Source of the DNA: an uncultured Candidatus Saccharibacteria bacterium
GTDB lineage: Bacteria > Patescibacteriota > Minisyncoccia > Minisyncoccales > GWA2-38-27
Direction of reading: 5' to 3'
Length of the DNA: 51,809 bases
NCBI GenBank assembly: GCA_964469955.1
Contig: CAYXZK010000021.1
Span: 1-51,809, forward strand
The number at the start of each line of letters is the position of its first letter. The stretch's first letter is position 1. Positions 1 to 8,810 of the stretch are shown one piece after another. The notes beneath the pieces were generated by a model. The model was not told the DNA's origin, searched no databases, and saw only the letters and a list, made by a program, of their open reading frames with translations. The position numbers were made by a program, and so were the translations under genes.

Positions 1-138
1 TCCCTCTGCTCTTCCAATTTTAGCTTCTCTGCTTGCAGCGCTCAAAGATACGTAGATAATTGAAGCCAATACTCCTATTATCGCGATAACGACCAATAAC
101 TCTATTAATGTAAACGCTTGTTCGTTTTTAATCTTCAT
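1..138 (-). CDS. Type IV pilin-like protein, N-terminal fragment (gene runs off the window start)
   Basis: Manual minus-strand translation from ATG at 138 gives MKIKNEQAFTLIELLVVIAIIGVLASIIYVSLSAASREAKIGRAEG. This is a prepilin-type N-terminal cleavage/methylation motif (FTLIELLVVIAIIG). The frame is open to the window edge. It is absent from the ORF track because fewer than 60 aa are visible. Confidence 0.75.
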   Translation of the reverse strand, partial: MKIKNEQAFTLIELLVVIAIIGVLASIIYVSLSAASREAKIGRAEG

Positions 139-193
139 TAATCATTTATTATTGATTACTGATTATTTATTGTTTAACAACGACTGTTCCGTT

Positions 194-1216
194 TTAGTTT
201 TTAAGCTTTGTCTTTGAAACTTTTACTTTTTTAAACCTTGCTCCTTTTTCCAATAATCCGTTTTTCGCCCCCCATTTTTTTAAACAAGAAGTAGCGTTTG
301 CTGTTCCTAATTGCATCGCATATTCTATATCCGCGTTTCTTCTAATAAAACCACTAATAAAACCCGAAGCATAAGAGTCCCCTGCTCCGGTTCTATCAAT
401 TATTTTTGATTTTAAAACTCCAGCCTGATAAATATTGTCCTCGCTCAACACTACAGACCCATTAGAACCTTTAGTTATTATGGCAATTCCAGAATACATT
501 TTTCTAATTTTAGAAAAAATCTTCTTTTCTTCCTGAAAAGAAACTTTAGTTAATAAAGACGCCTCCTCTTGATTTAAAATCAAAACATCAACCTGCTTAA
601 GGGTTTTTATTAACCTTAAAGGAAACATCGCAAGCTGTGAACTCCCAGGATTAAAAGCAACTTTAATTTTATTCCTATGAGCAAATTTAATTATTTCTTC
701 AGTCGCGCTAACGCAAAATTTTCCTGAAAGAGGAGCTATATAGAACCATCTTGCGTAAGCGGTTTTGTTTCTTTCGCAATCATTAAAACAAGATTGAATA
801 TCCTTTTTATTTAGAAGTCCTGCGGCCCCACGATAAACCAAAATAGTTCTATCTTTTTCGTATTTACTGAAAGGATTTAAGATAACAGAATGATTTGTGG
901 GCTTTTCTTTTGTTTTGAAAATAAATTTAGTTTCTATTCCGCTTTTATCTAATTCTTGAATTATTTCTCTGCCTGAGATATCGTCGCCTACTTTTCCGCA
1001 ATAAGCTGTTCTAAATCCCTGCTTTGAAAAGAAAACTGCTGTATTCGTACCACCTCCTCCCGAGGAAAAATAGACACTATCAACATCAACTTTTGATCCT
1101 AAGTTAAAACAAATTCCTTTTTTGCTTACAAATTTTTTTATTTTTGCTATTTGGAAATTCTTTGGCTTCATAAAAATATCCCAAGTAGCTGAACCAAAAG
1201 TTATAATATCAGACAT
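194..1216 (-). CDS. PfkB/ribokinase-family carbohydrate or nucleoside kinase
   Basis: 340-aa ORF with an N-terminal GG motif (SSGGGGTNTAVFFSK) and a C-terminal PfkB signature (DRTGAGDSYASGFISGF). Confidence 0.85.
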   Translation of the reverse strand: MSDIITFGSATWDIFMKPKNFQIAKIKKFVSKKGICFNLGSKVDVDSVYFSSGGGGTNTAVFFSKQGFRTAYCGKVGDDISGREIIQELDKSGIETKFIFKTKEKPTNHSVILNPFSKYEKDRTILVYRGAAGLLNKKDIQSCFNDCERNKTAYARWFYIAPLSGKFCVSATEEIIKFAHRNKIKVAFNPGSSQLAMFPLRLIKTLKQVDVLILNQEEASLLTKVSFQEEKKIFSKIRKMYSGIAIITKGSNGSVVLSEDNIYQAGVLKSKIIDRTGAGDSYASGFISGFIRRNADIEYAMQLGTANATSCLKKWGAKNGLLEKGARFKKVKVSKTKLKN

Positions 1217-1443
1217 AAAACTATTTTAATATATTAAAATTATTCATACTAACATTTGAATAAAAATTAAAATGATTATAAGTGACAAGCAATCTTTTTA
1301 AATAACTTTCGCAAGCGAATAAGCGGTTCCTGCTGTATAGCGGGATTAGTCGCCGAGAATGTAGATAATCAAACCGCGCAGGGGTTTGAACTAGCGGTAG
1401 CTGAAAAAATTGCTCGCCACGCTATAAAAATATTTTATAGTTC

Positions 1444-3873
1444 TTATTTTTTGGACTTTGATAAACTTAAAATCGTCTTAATAACCGTGTCAGAGTTTAA
1501 AGACATTGATTCTATCCCCTCTTCCATTACAAATTCCGCAAAATCCGGAAAATCGCTTGGAGCTTGTCCGCATATTCCCACATATTTTTTATGTTTCCTA
1601 CAAGCTTTAATCACTTTACGTATCTGTTCTTTAACTGCTTTATTTTGCTCATTCCCAATATAAGCAATTTTGCCATTATCTCTGTCTAAACCAAGCGTTA
1701 ATTGGGTCAAATCATTAGACCCAATACTCATGCCGTCAAAGGTTTTTAAAAATTCGTCTGCCAAAATAACGTTAGAAGGAATTTCACACATCACGTAAAC
1801 ATTAAGCCCGTCTTTCCCTTTCTCAAGACCAAATCTTTTCATTAAAGCAATAACTGCTTTGCCTTCTTCTATTGTTCGGCAAAATGGAATCATTATAGAA
1901 ATATTCTTTAAACCAAAAACATTTCTTACTCTTCTGATTGCTTGGCATTCCATATTAAAAGCATGCTGAAAGTCTTTGTCTAGGTATCTACAGGCCCCTC
2001 TAAAACCAAGCATTGGATTAGACTCGTCAGCTGTTTCAAACAAACTTCCTCCAATTAAATTCTTGTATTCGTTTGTCTTAAAGTCAGAAAATCTAACAAT
2101 TACTTTTTTAGGATAAAACGCAGCTGCTATTTCAGCAATTCCTTCGGCTAATTTTTGAACAAAAAATTCTTTTTTGTCTTTACTTTCAATAACTATCGCG
2201 TTAATTTTTTGCTTTAATTTTTTAATATCAACTTTTCGCTCTAAAGCAACTTGATTATATTTCTCAAGATTTTCAAAATAATAAAGGGCTAACGGATGAA
2301 TTTTAATTTTTTCCGCGATTATAAATTCCTCTCTTGCTAAACCAACTCCACTGTTTGGCAAAAAAGAATTTTTAAACGCCATTTCTGGGGCTCCAATGTT
2401 AAGCATTATTTTTGTCTTAAGTTCAGGGATTTTCTTTAAATCATATTCTTCAATTTTAAAAGGTATTTTGCCTTTAAAAATTCTTCCATTTAGCCCTTGA
2501 GTACAATCTGCCGTAATAAGTTCTCCGGTTTTTAAAATTTTAGTTCCTTTGCCAGTACCAACAATACAAGGAACGCCTAATTCTCTGCTTACGATAGAAG
2601 CGTGGCAAGTTTTCCCGCCTTCGTCCGTTATTATTGCCGCAGCCAAAGGAAATATGCTTACCCAATCAGGGTCAGTCATTTTTGTAACTAATATTTCGCC
2701 TTTTTTGAATTGATCAATTTTTGACACATCTGAAATTACCCTTACTTTGCCTATGCCAATTTTTTCCCCAACAGCTATACCATTTAAAATCGGTTTTTTC
2801 TTTGTTATTAATCTATACTCTCTATAAACATTCTCTCTAACAGGGGTATGCACGGTTTCAGGCCTTGATTGCACAATAAACAATTCCCCTGTCTTGCCAT
2901 CTTTGGCCCATTCTATATCTTGAGGCATACGCTTTTTGTATTTTCTTGAATAATGTTCTTCGATTAAAATGGCCCATTTGGATAATTTTAAAATTTCCGC
3001 GTCGGTTAAGGAAAATTTTAATTGTTTTTCCGCGCCTACTTTTTCCTCTTTAAGGCCACCGTTTGAAGCATAGGTATATTGAATTGACTTTCTGCCTAAT
3101 TTTCTAATAATAATAGGCTTAAATCCTTTTTTAAGGGTTGGTTTAAAAACATAGAATTCGTCTGGCGTTATTTTTCCTTTAACGATCATCTCTCCTATTC
3201 CCCAAATTGAATTAATTAAAATAACGCTTGGAAAACCTGTCTCCGTGTCTAATGTAAAAATTATTCCCGAAGACGCAAGATCGCTTCTAACCATTTTTAT
3301 AGCGCCAATAGAAAGAGCAAATTCTAACTGTGAAACTTTCTTTTCTTGACGATAAGAAATAACTCGATCATTAAACGCAGAAGCCAAACATTTTTTAATC
3401 GCGTCTAACAATTTTTTTTCTCCAGAGATATTTAAATAACTTTCAAATTGTCCCGCGAAAGACGCTTCCGGCATATCTTCAACAACTCCAGAAGATCTAA
3501 TCGCAAGTTCAAAGTTTTTACCATATTTTTTAACGAAAATATTGTAAGCGCTAATTATTTCTTTTTCTAAACCTATAGGGAATTTTGATTTTGAAAATAA
3601 GTTCCGGGATTTTTTACCTGTTTCCTGCAAACTTTTAATGCTTTTAGGATTAAATTTTTTAAATATTTCTTTTAGTTTTTTATCAATTCCATTAAACTTT
3701 AAAAATTCCCAATAAGCGTTAGTCGTGAAAACAAAACCATCCGGAACATTTATGCCTTTCCCTGAAAATTCTTTATGCATTTCCCCTAAAGAAGCGTTCT
3801 TCCCCCCTACTAAAGAAACATTTCCAAAGCTAACATCTTTCAACCATAGAATATTTTCTTTTGAATTTTTCAT
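1444..3873 (-). CDS. ppsA: Phosphoenolpyruvate synthase (pyruvate, water dikinase)
   Basis: 809 aa. N-terminal GGKNASLGEM, swivelling phosphohistidine domain (TDEGGKTCHASIVSRELGVPCIVG), and C-terminal PEP-utilising domain (GSNDLTQLTLGLDRD). Confidence 0.9.
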   Translation of the reverse strand: MKNSKENILWLKDVSFGNVSLVGGKNASLGEMHKEFSGKGINVPDGFVFTTNAYWEFLKFNGIDKKLKEIFKKFNPKSIKSLQETGKKSRNLFSKSKFPIGLEKEIISAYNIFVKKYGKNFELAIRSSGVVEDMPEASFAGQFESYLNISGEKKLLDAIKKCLASAFNDRVISYRQEKKVSQLEFALSIGAIKMVRSDLASSGIIFTLDTETGFPSVILINSIWGIGEMIVKGKITPDEFYVFKPTLKKGFKPIIIRKLGRKSIQYTYASNGGLKEEKVGAEKQLKFSLTDAEILKLSKWAILIEEHYSRKYKKRMPQDIEWAKDGKTGELFIVQSRPETVHTPVRENVYREYRLITKKKPILNGIAVGEKIGIGKVRVISDVSKIDQFKKGEILVTKMTDPDWVSIFPLAAAIITDEGGKTCHASIVSRELGVPCIVGTGKGTKILKTGELITADCTQGLNGRIFKGKIPFKIEEYDLKKIPELKTKIMLNIGAPEMAFKNSFLPNSGVGLAREEFIIAEKIKIHPLALYYFENLEKYNQVALERKVDIKKLKQKINAIVIESKDKKEFFVQKLAEGIAEIAAAFYPKKVIVRFSDFKTNEYKNLIGGSLFETADESNPMLGFRGACRYLDKDFQHAFNMECQAIRRVRNVFGLKNISIMIPFCRTIEEGKAVIALMKRFGLEKGKDGLNVYVMCEIPSNVILADEFLKTFDGMSIGSNDLTQLTLGLDRDNGKIAYIGNEQNKAVKEQIRKVIKACRKHKKYVGICGQAPSDFPDFAEFVMEEGIESMSLNSDTVIKTILSLSKSKK

Positions 3874-3895
3874 ATTTTTTAGCGTTTATTTTTTA

Positions 3896-4921
3896 TTATT
3901 TTATTATTTTTTTAGCGATTGCTAATTCTTCGTCTGATTTAATTGCTAAAACCTGAACTTTCTCTTTTTTTAAAATACTTAAATTATTAACAATTTTGTC
4001 TCTTATCTTGGTGGAACCAAAACCAATCGCGCCTGTAAAAATTAACAAATCACATCCTCCCAAAACAACTAAATAAGCCCCAATATATTTTTGAATTCTG
4101 TAAATAAATATTTCTAAAGCTAATTTTGCTTTTTGGTTGCCTCTTTTTATTTTTTCAAGAATCTTCAACATATCTCCTGTTCCGGCAATTGCTTTTAATC
4201 CTGATTTAGAGTTTAAAATCTCTTCTGTTTTTTCAGGGGAAAAATTTTTAGAAAGTTCCAAGACAATGCCAGGATCAATATCGCCTGAACGGGTCATCAT
4301 TACCAATCCCTGCATTGGAGTAAAACCCATTGAAGTATCGACCGCTTTTCCATTTTTTATAGCAGTTATACTTGCCCCTCCGCCTAAATGACAAGTGATA
4401 ATCTTTAATTTGTTGAATTGTTTTCTTATTTCTTTAGCTCCCGTTCGAGCAACATATTCATGAGAAATTCCATGAAATCCAAATCTACGCAGTTGGTATT
4501 TTTTTATTAATTTTTCTGGCAAAGGATAAATATATGCCTTTTCTGGCAAATCAGCGTAGAACTCTGTATCAAAAACAGCAATCTGCGAAGCAGATGGAAA
4601 AATTTTATTAGCGCTCTTGATGCCTAAAACATTAAAAGGATTATGTAAAGGCGCTAATTTATTATTTCTTTCTAATTCTTTTAGGTTGTTTTTATTGATT
4701 TTTAAAGGTTCTCTGAATTTTATTCCTCCATGCACAACTCTATGTCCAATCGTATCAATATTTTTAGAAAAAGATGCTATTTTCCCTAATTCTTTTTCTA
4801 AATCCACAGCAAAATCTTTGTTATTATAAATTTCTTTTTTCCCTTGTCCTATAACTTCTAAATCTTTATTAAAAACTTTCCATTTTATTGATTGACTACC
4901 ACAATTTAAAATAAGCATCAT
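3896..4921 (-). CDS. ackA: Acetate/propionate kinase (short form, 341 aa)
   Basis: Motifs LNCGSQSIKW, HRVVHGG, FGFHGISHEYV, and C-terminal SDEELAIA. It is about 55 aa shorter than typical AckA but both termini look native. Confidence 0.85.
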   Translation of the reverse strand: MMLILNCGSQSIKWKVFNKDLEVIGQGKKEIYNNKDFAVDLEKELGKIASFSKNIDTIGHRVVHGGIKFREPLKINKNNLKELERNNKLAPLHNPFNVLGIKSANKIFPSASQIAVFDTEFYADLPEKAYIYPLPEKLIKKYQLRRFGFHGISHEYVARTGAKEIRKQFNKLKIITCHLGGGASITAIKNGKAVDTSMGFTPMQGLVMMTRSGDIDPGIVLELSKNFSPEKTEEILNSKSGLKAIAGTGDMLKILEKIKRGNQKAKLALEIFIYRIQKYIGAYLVVLGGCDLLIFTGAIGFGSTKIRDKIVNNLSILKKEKVQVLAIKSDEELAIAKKIIK

Positions 4922-4989
4922 GCATCAGTGAACAATGAACAGTAAACAACAAACAAAAAAATAATTAAAATGTTGTTAGCTGTTTGTTG

Positions 4990-5565
4990 CTATTCATTGT
5001 TTAGTAAATAACCAAATGCTTCACAAGAAATCCCGGCTGCATTGCCTTCGTCTGTATCAATATGCATACAAAGCTTAAAATCTTTGTCTATTCTAACCTG
5101 AACATTTTTAAAAACTAAAGCTCTTTTGCCTTTTATTGCAATCGAAATAGATTTTCTGTTTTTGAGTTTCATTATTTGGGCTTCTTGAGGAGTACAATGA
5201 ATATGACGAGCAGGCACAATCAAACCTTCTTTAATTTTAATCTTTTTCTTTTTATTAATAAGAGTTGCCCCGGGCGTGCCCTGAAGATCTCCTGATTTTC
5301 TTATCTGGGCTTTTACTCCAAGCTTAATTGTATCTGTTAAGCTTAATTCAATTTGAGTTTTTTCTCTAATAGGTCCAACTATTCTTACTTTAGACAATAT
5401 CTTTTTGCCAACCTTAATATCCACAGTCTCTTTAGCTGCAAAATGATGAGGTTGGTAGAGTTCCTTTAATTTTTTCAGCTTATATCCTTTGCCAAACAAT
5501 GCTTCCAAGTCTTTTTGGTTTAAATGGATATGTCTTGCTGAAATTTGTACGAGTATCTTTCTCAT
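4990..5565 (-). CDS. pduL: PduL-type phosphate acyltransferase (phosphotransacetylase analogue)
   Basis: 191 aa with the duplicated PduL motif (ISARHIHL and VPARHIHC) and MHIDTDEGNAAG. It lies directly upstream of ackA on the same strand. Confidence 0.85.
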   Translation of the reverse strand: MRKILVQISARHIHLNQKDLEALFGKGYKLKKLKELYQPHHFAAKETVDIKVGKKILSKVRIVGPIREKTQIELSLTDTIKLGVKAQIRKSGDLQGTPGATLINKKKKIKIKEGLIVPARHIHCTPQEAQIMKLKNRKSISIAIKGKRALVFKNVQVRIDKDFKLCMHIDTDEGNAAGISCEAFGYLLNNE

Positions 5566-5631
5566 TTTTTTAGAATAATGTTTTTATTAAAATAATTATT
5601 TCTCTTATTATAACCTTTTTTAAGAAAGAAA

Positions 5632-5650
5632 AAAAGGTGAAAAACACCTT
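5632..5650 (-). terminator. Intrinsic terminator after gap
   Basis: AAAGGTG/CACCTTT form a 7-bp stem with a 5-nt loop. On the minus strand it is followed by TTTCTTTCTT. Confidence 0.6.
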
Positions 5651-5689
5651 TAATTCAAGTCAAATATCAAATCCTATAACATTTAACAT

Positions 5690-6700
5690 TTATAATTTTT
5701 TTCCGATAAATTCTGCTAATTCAGCTAATCTGCAGGAATATCCGAATTCATTGTCATACCAGCTAACTGTTTTAATTAAATTGCCATTAACCATTGTTTG
5801 AGACAAGTCAATAATAGAAGAATAGCTATCCCCTATATAATCGCTTGAAACCAATGGTTCTATTTCTGTTTTTAATATTCCTTTAAAATTTTTCTGTTTT
5901 TCTGCTTTTTTCAAAATTCTGTTCACCTCTTCTATCGTGGTAGATTTCTTAACTTTAACAACCAAATCTAAAAGAGAAACAATTGGTGTTGGAACTCTAA
6001 TTGCTATTCCGTCTATTTTATTATTAACCTCAGGAATTACTTTTCCTAATGCTTTAGCAGCTCCTGTGGTTGTAGGTACAATATTTATCGCAGCGCTTCT
6101 TGCTCTTCTTAAATCTTTATGCGGTAAATCCAGAATCCTTTGATCTGTTGTATAGCTATGTATAGTTGACATAAAACCTTTTTCTATTTTAAAACTATCA
6201 TTCAAAACTTTAACCAAAGGAGCAATACAATTTGTAGTACAAGAACCCATATCAATTATTTGATCTTTTTTGGGATTGAATTTGTTTTCATTAACTCCCA
6301 TCACATAGCTTGAAATAGCATTGCCTGATTTACTTGGAGCTGAAATTATCACTTTTTTGGCGCCTGCTTTAATATGTTTTCTTGCCCCGTCTAAGTCTCT
6401 AAAAATCCCAGTACACTCTAAAACAATATCAATTCCTAATTTCTTCCAAGGCAACTCCTCAGGATTTTTTTCTGCAAGAACAGGGAATTTCTTCTTAGCA
6501 ACAATAATATTTGATTTATCAAAACCTATTTCTTTTTCGTATTTTCCGTAAACTGAATCATGTTTTAATAAATGGGCAAGGGTTTTATTGTCGGTTAAAT
6601 CGTTAATCACCGCAACTTCCAAATTAGGATGATCCTCAATTATTCTTTTAAATGTTGAGCGGCCAATACGACCAAACCCATTAATAGCAATTTTAATCAT
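5690..6700 (-). CDS. gap: Glyceraldehyde-3-phosphate dehydrogenase, type I
   Basis: INGFGRIGR NAD-binding motif, catalytic SCTTNCIAP, and WYDNEFGYS near the C-terminus. Confidence 0.95.
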   Translation of the reverse strand: MIKIAINGFGRIGRSTFKRIIEDHPNLEVAVINDLTDNKTLAHLLKHDSVYGKYEKEIGFDKSNIIVAKKKFPVLAEKNPEELPWKKLGIDIVLECTGIFRDLDGARKHIKAGAKKVIISAPSKSGNAISSYVMGVNENKFNPKKDQIIDMGSCTTNCIAPLVKVLNDSFKIEKGFMSTIHSYTTDQRILDLPHKDLRRARSAAINIVPTTTGAAKALGKVIPEVNNKIDGIAIRVPTPIVSLLDLVVKVKKSTTIEEVNRILKKAEKQKNFKGILKTEIEPLVSSDYIGDSYSSIIDLSQTMVNGNLIKTVSWYDNEFGYSCRLAELAEFIGKKL

Positions 6701-6771
6701 AAATTTATTTAATTATCAATTAGCGCTAATCAATTAGCAATTAGCACTGATCAACAATCAATTATCAATAA

Positions 6772-7026
6772 TCAATGGTTATTGATCCCGAGCAATTCAC
6801 AAATTCTCTCTTTGTTAAAACCGACAACAATCTCTTTGTCTATTTCAATTATAGGCACTTGTTTCTCGCCCGACTTTTTAATTATTTCTTCTATGCCATC
6901 CTTGTTCTTAGAAATATTAACGCTTTCAAATTCAATATTATTTTCCCTCAAAAACTCTTCTAAAGTAAAACAATAAACGCAATCATCATTAACATAAATT
7001 TTAACTTTAACTTTAACTTTTTTCAT
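6772..7026 (-). CDS. Glutaredoxin/NrdH-like small redoxin
   Basis: 84 aa with a CVYC (CxxC) active site near the N-terminus and a VPIIEID...VVGF thioredoxin-fold pattern. Confidence 0.7.
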   Translation of the reverse strand: MKKVKVKVKIYVNDDCVYCFTLEEFLRENNIEFESVNISKNKDGIEEIIKKSGEKQVPIIEIDKEIVVGFNKERICELLGINNH

Positions 7027-7041
7027 AACAATCGCCCTATT

Positions 7042-8013
7042 TTACTCACAAGTCGCAGACCCTTTGCTTTCATAAGAACTGCTTAACTCCTGATTACACT
7101 CCTCGGGAGAAGTGATAAAAGCTGAACAAATCGCGTCTTTATATTCTTGAACAGATCTACCTTTATCATAGACCATATTATTAATAACTAAAGTAGGCGA
7201 ACCAGAAATAGTTATCTTTTCTTTATTATCGTGATTTTTTGGATCTTGGACCAAATATTCGGTTTGAGAAAGTCCAAATTCGTATGCTAACAAATCCTCC
7301 AATTCATTTTCAACGCAATCTTTTATTTTTTGAACATCAATATCTATATTAGTCGCTATCGCCTCCCATTTACTGTCAACGTTTTCATAGGTGCAATTTT
7401 CGTTTATTTGTTTAATAAAATCCCAAAACTTATCTTTCTCGTATTTATTAACGCAAAGCTCCCTAATCCCCTGATTAAACTCTTGCTCTCCGTGTAAAGA
7501 AGTGTATTCGCCTATCTCTGATTTGCTAAAAATATAATGAAGCTCTATGTTCGCTTTGTCACCTAAAAGTTCCTCAATCGGCATGATAATTTCTTCGGCT
7601 TCATTGCCATAAGGACAAAAAGCCATTACAAAAAGATTAACGCTGGGAACATCTGTTTTAGGAATTTCTTTTGCAACTGGAGGATCTAAATCAATCGCTG
7701 TTTCCTGTGGAAACAGAAATTTCCCATCAAGCGTTAGATAAGCTTCAACTTCTTGCCCTTCAATATTAAGTTTCATTTTATATAACCCATTCTCTTTATA
7801 GATTTCTTCCAAAGAAGCGTTTACTTCTCCTCCTAATATATCGTTTTTAATGAAGTCTAACGCTTTTTTACCCGCTTCCTCGCTAGACAAGATTCCTTGA
7901 TCTGTTGCGCCTTTTTCTTGATAGTTAAAATAAAAAAGCGTAGCAGAAATTAAAAGACCGGCAATAATTATCGCTATGCCAATTATTTTAGAATTAAAAA
8001 CCTTAGTATCCAT
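7042..8013 (-). CDS. Membrane-anchored thioredoxin-fold (DsbA-like) protein with degenerate active site
   Basis: 323 aa with an N-terminal TM helix (IIGIAIIIAGLLISATLFYF). A DsbA-like stretch (VNLFVMAFCPYGNEAE) has CPYG where CPYC is expected. The C-terminus is Cys-rich. The functional call is tentative. Confidence 0.5.
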   Translation of the reverse strand: MDTKVFNSKIIGIAIIIAGLLISATLFYFNYQEKGATDQGILSSEEAGKKALDFIKNDILGGEVNASLEEIYKENGLYKMKLNIEGQEVEAYLTLDGKFLFPQETAIDLDPPVAKEIPKTDVPSVNLFVMAFCPYGNEAEEIIMPIEELLGDKANIELHYIFSKSEIGEYTSLHGEQEFNQGIRELCVNKYEKDKFWDFIKQINENCTYENVDSKWEAIATNIDIDVQKIKDCVENELEDLLAYEFGLSQTEYLVQDPKNHDNKEKITISGSPTLVINNMVYDKGRSVQEYKDAICSAFITSPEECNQELSSSYESKGSATCE

Positions 8014-8102
8014 TTTTTGATTAGCAATGATTAGTCGTCAATGATAAATCAATGATTATCAATGACCAGCAATAAATGCTTAGTTATGAATTATTGTTAA
8101 CT

Positions 8103-8111
8103 ATTCTATCA
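8103..8111 (-). promoter_or_regulatory. Extended -10 promoter (TGATAGAAT) upstream of the thioredoxin-fold protein gene
   Basis: The minus strand reads TTTTGATAGAAT. It predicts an ~83-nt leader containing the TCATTGA word repeats. Confidence 0.45.
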
Positions 8112-8132
8112 AAATTTTTATTATTCCGCAAC

Positions 8133-8810
8133 TTAACTCTCTTTTTTATTTTTTAGCTTAAGAGATCTATCAAACTCGTATTCTCTTAACCCGCCGTAAG
8201 ATACTTCAAGCTTGGCTATTTCTTCGTCAGGTATTTTTTCAATATATTTTATAAGAGCTCTTAAAGAATTATGACTTGCGACAATCAAAACATTTTTCTC
8301 TTTTTTTAAGTCTCTTTCGACGTACTTACGATAAAAAGGAACCGCTCTTTTAAAAGTATCTTCTAAGCTTTCTCCAAAAGGAGGACGATTTTTAAAACCT
8401 CTACGCCAAAGATGAATTTTCTCTTCTCCATATTCTTTAATCATTTGAGCTTTATCCTTACCCTGAAGTTTACCATAATACCTTTCGTTTAAATTTTCAG
8501 AGATATAAACTGGCGCATAGTTTTTATTTATTTCTTCGAAATGCCCCCTTGTTTTCATTCTACCCCTATCAAGATATTTAAATATAGGATATTTTAGGTT
8601 TGAATATTTTAAGATCTCGACAACGCTGTTTTGGTTCCTAAATAAAGGAGAAGAATAAATAACATCAATCTTAGAATCAAATATTTTTTTAGAAATTAAC
8701 TTAGCTTTATTCCCTTGATTTTTAGCCAAAGGAACATCCACCCAGCCGGTAAATCTGTTTTCTAAATTCCATTGTGATTTAAAATGCCTTAATAAAATTA
8801 ATTTAGCCAT
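8133..8810 (-). CDS. gpmA: 2,3-bisphosphoglycerate-dependent phosphoglycerate mutase / histidine phosphatase family
   Basis: LLRHFKSQWN (RHGxxxWN-type catalytic His motif) and a second His motif (ASHNSLRALIKY). Confidence 0.85.
   Translation of the reverse strand: MAKLILLRHFKSQWNLENRFTGWVDVPLAKNQGNKAKLISKKIFDSKIDVIYSSPLFRNQNSVVEILKYSNLKYPIFKYLDRGRMKTRGHFEEINKNYAPVYISENLNERYYGKLQGKDKAQMIKEYGEEKIHLWRRGFKNRPPFGESLEDTFKRAVPFYRKYVERDLKKEKNVLIVASHNSLRALIKYIEKIPDEEIAKLEVSYGGLREYEFDRSLKLKNKKES

Noticed and set aside
1310-1430. Whether the GC-rich island is SRP (4.5S) RNA, a tRNA, tmRNA or a known riboswitch.
   Set aside because: - It lacks the SRP domain IV consensus (GGAA tetraloop with the flanking AGG/AGCA loop).
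- It lacks tRNA D- and T-loop consensus.
- It lacks the signature boxes of the TPP, SAM, glycine, fluoride, ZTP and cobalamin riboswitches, as far as I can recall them.
- It is kept only as an unassigned candidate in the findings.
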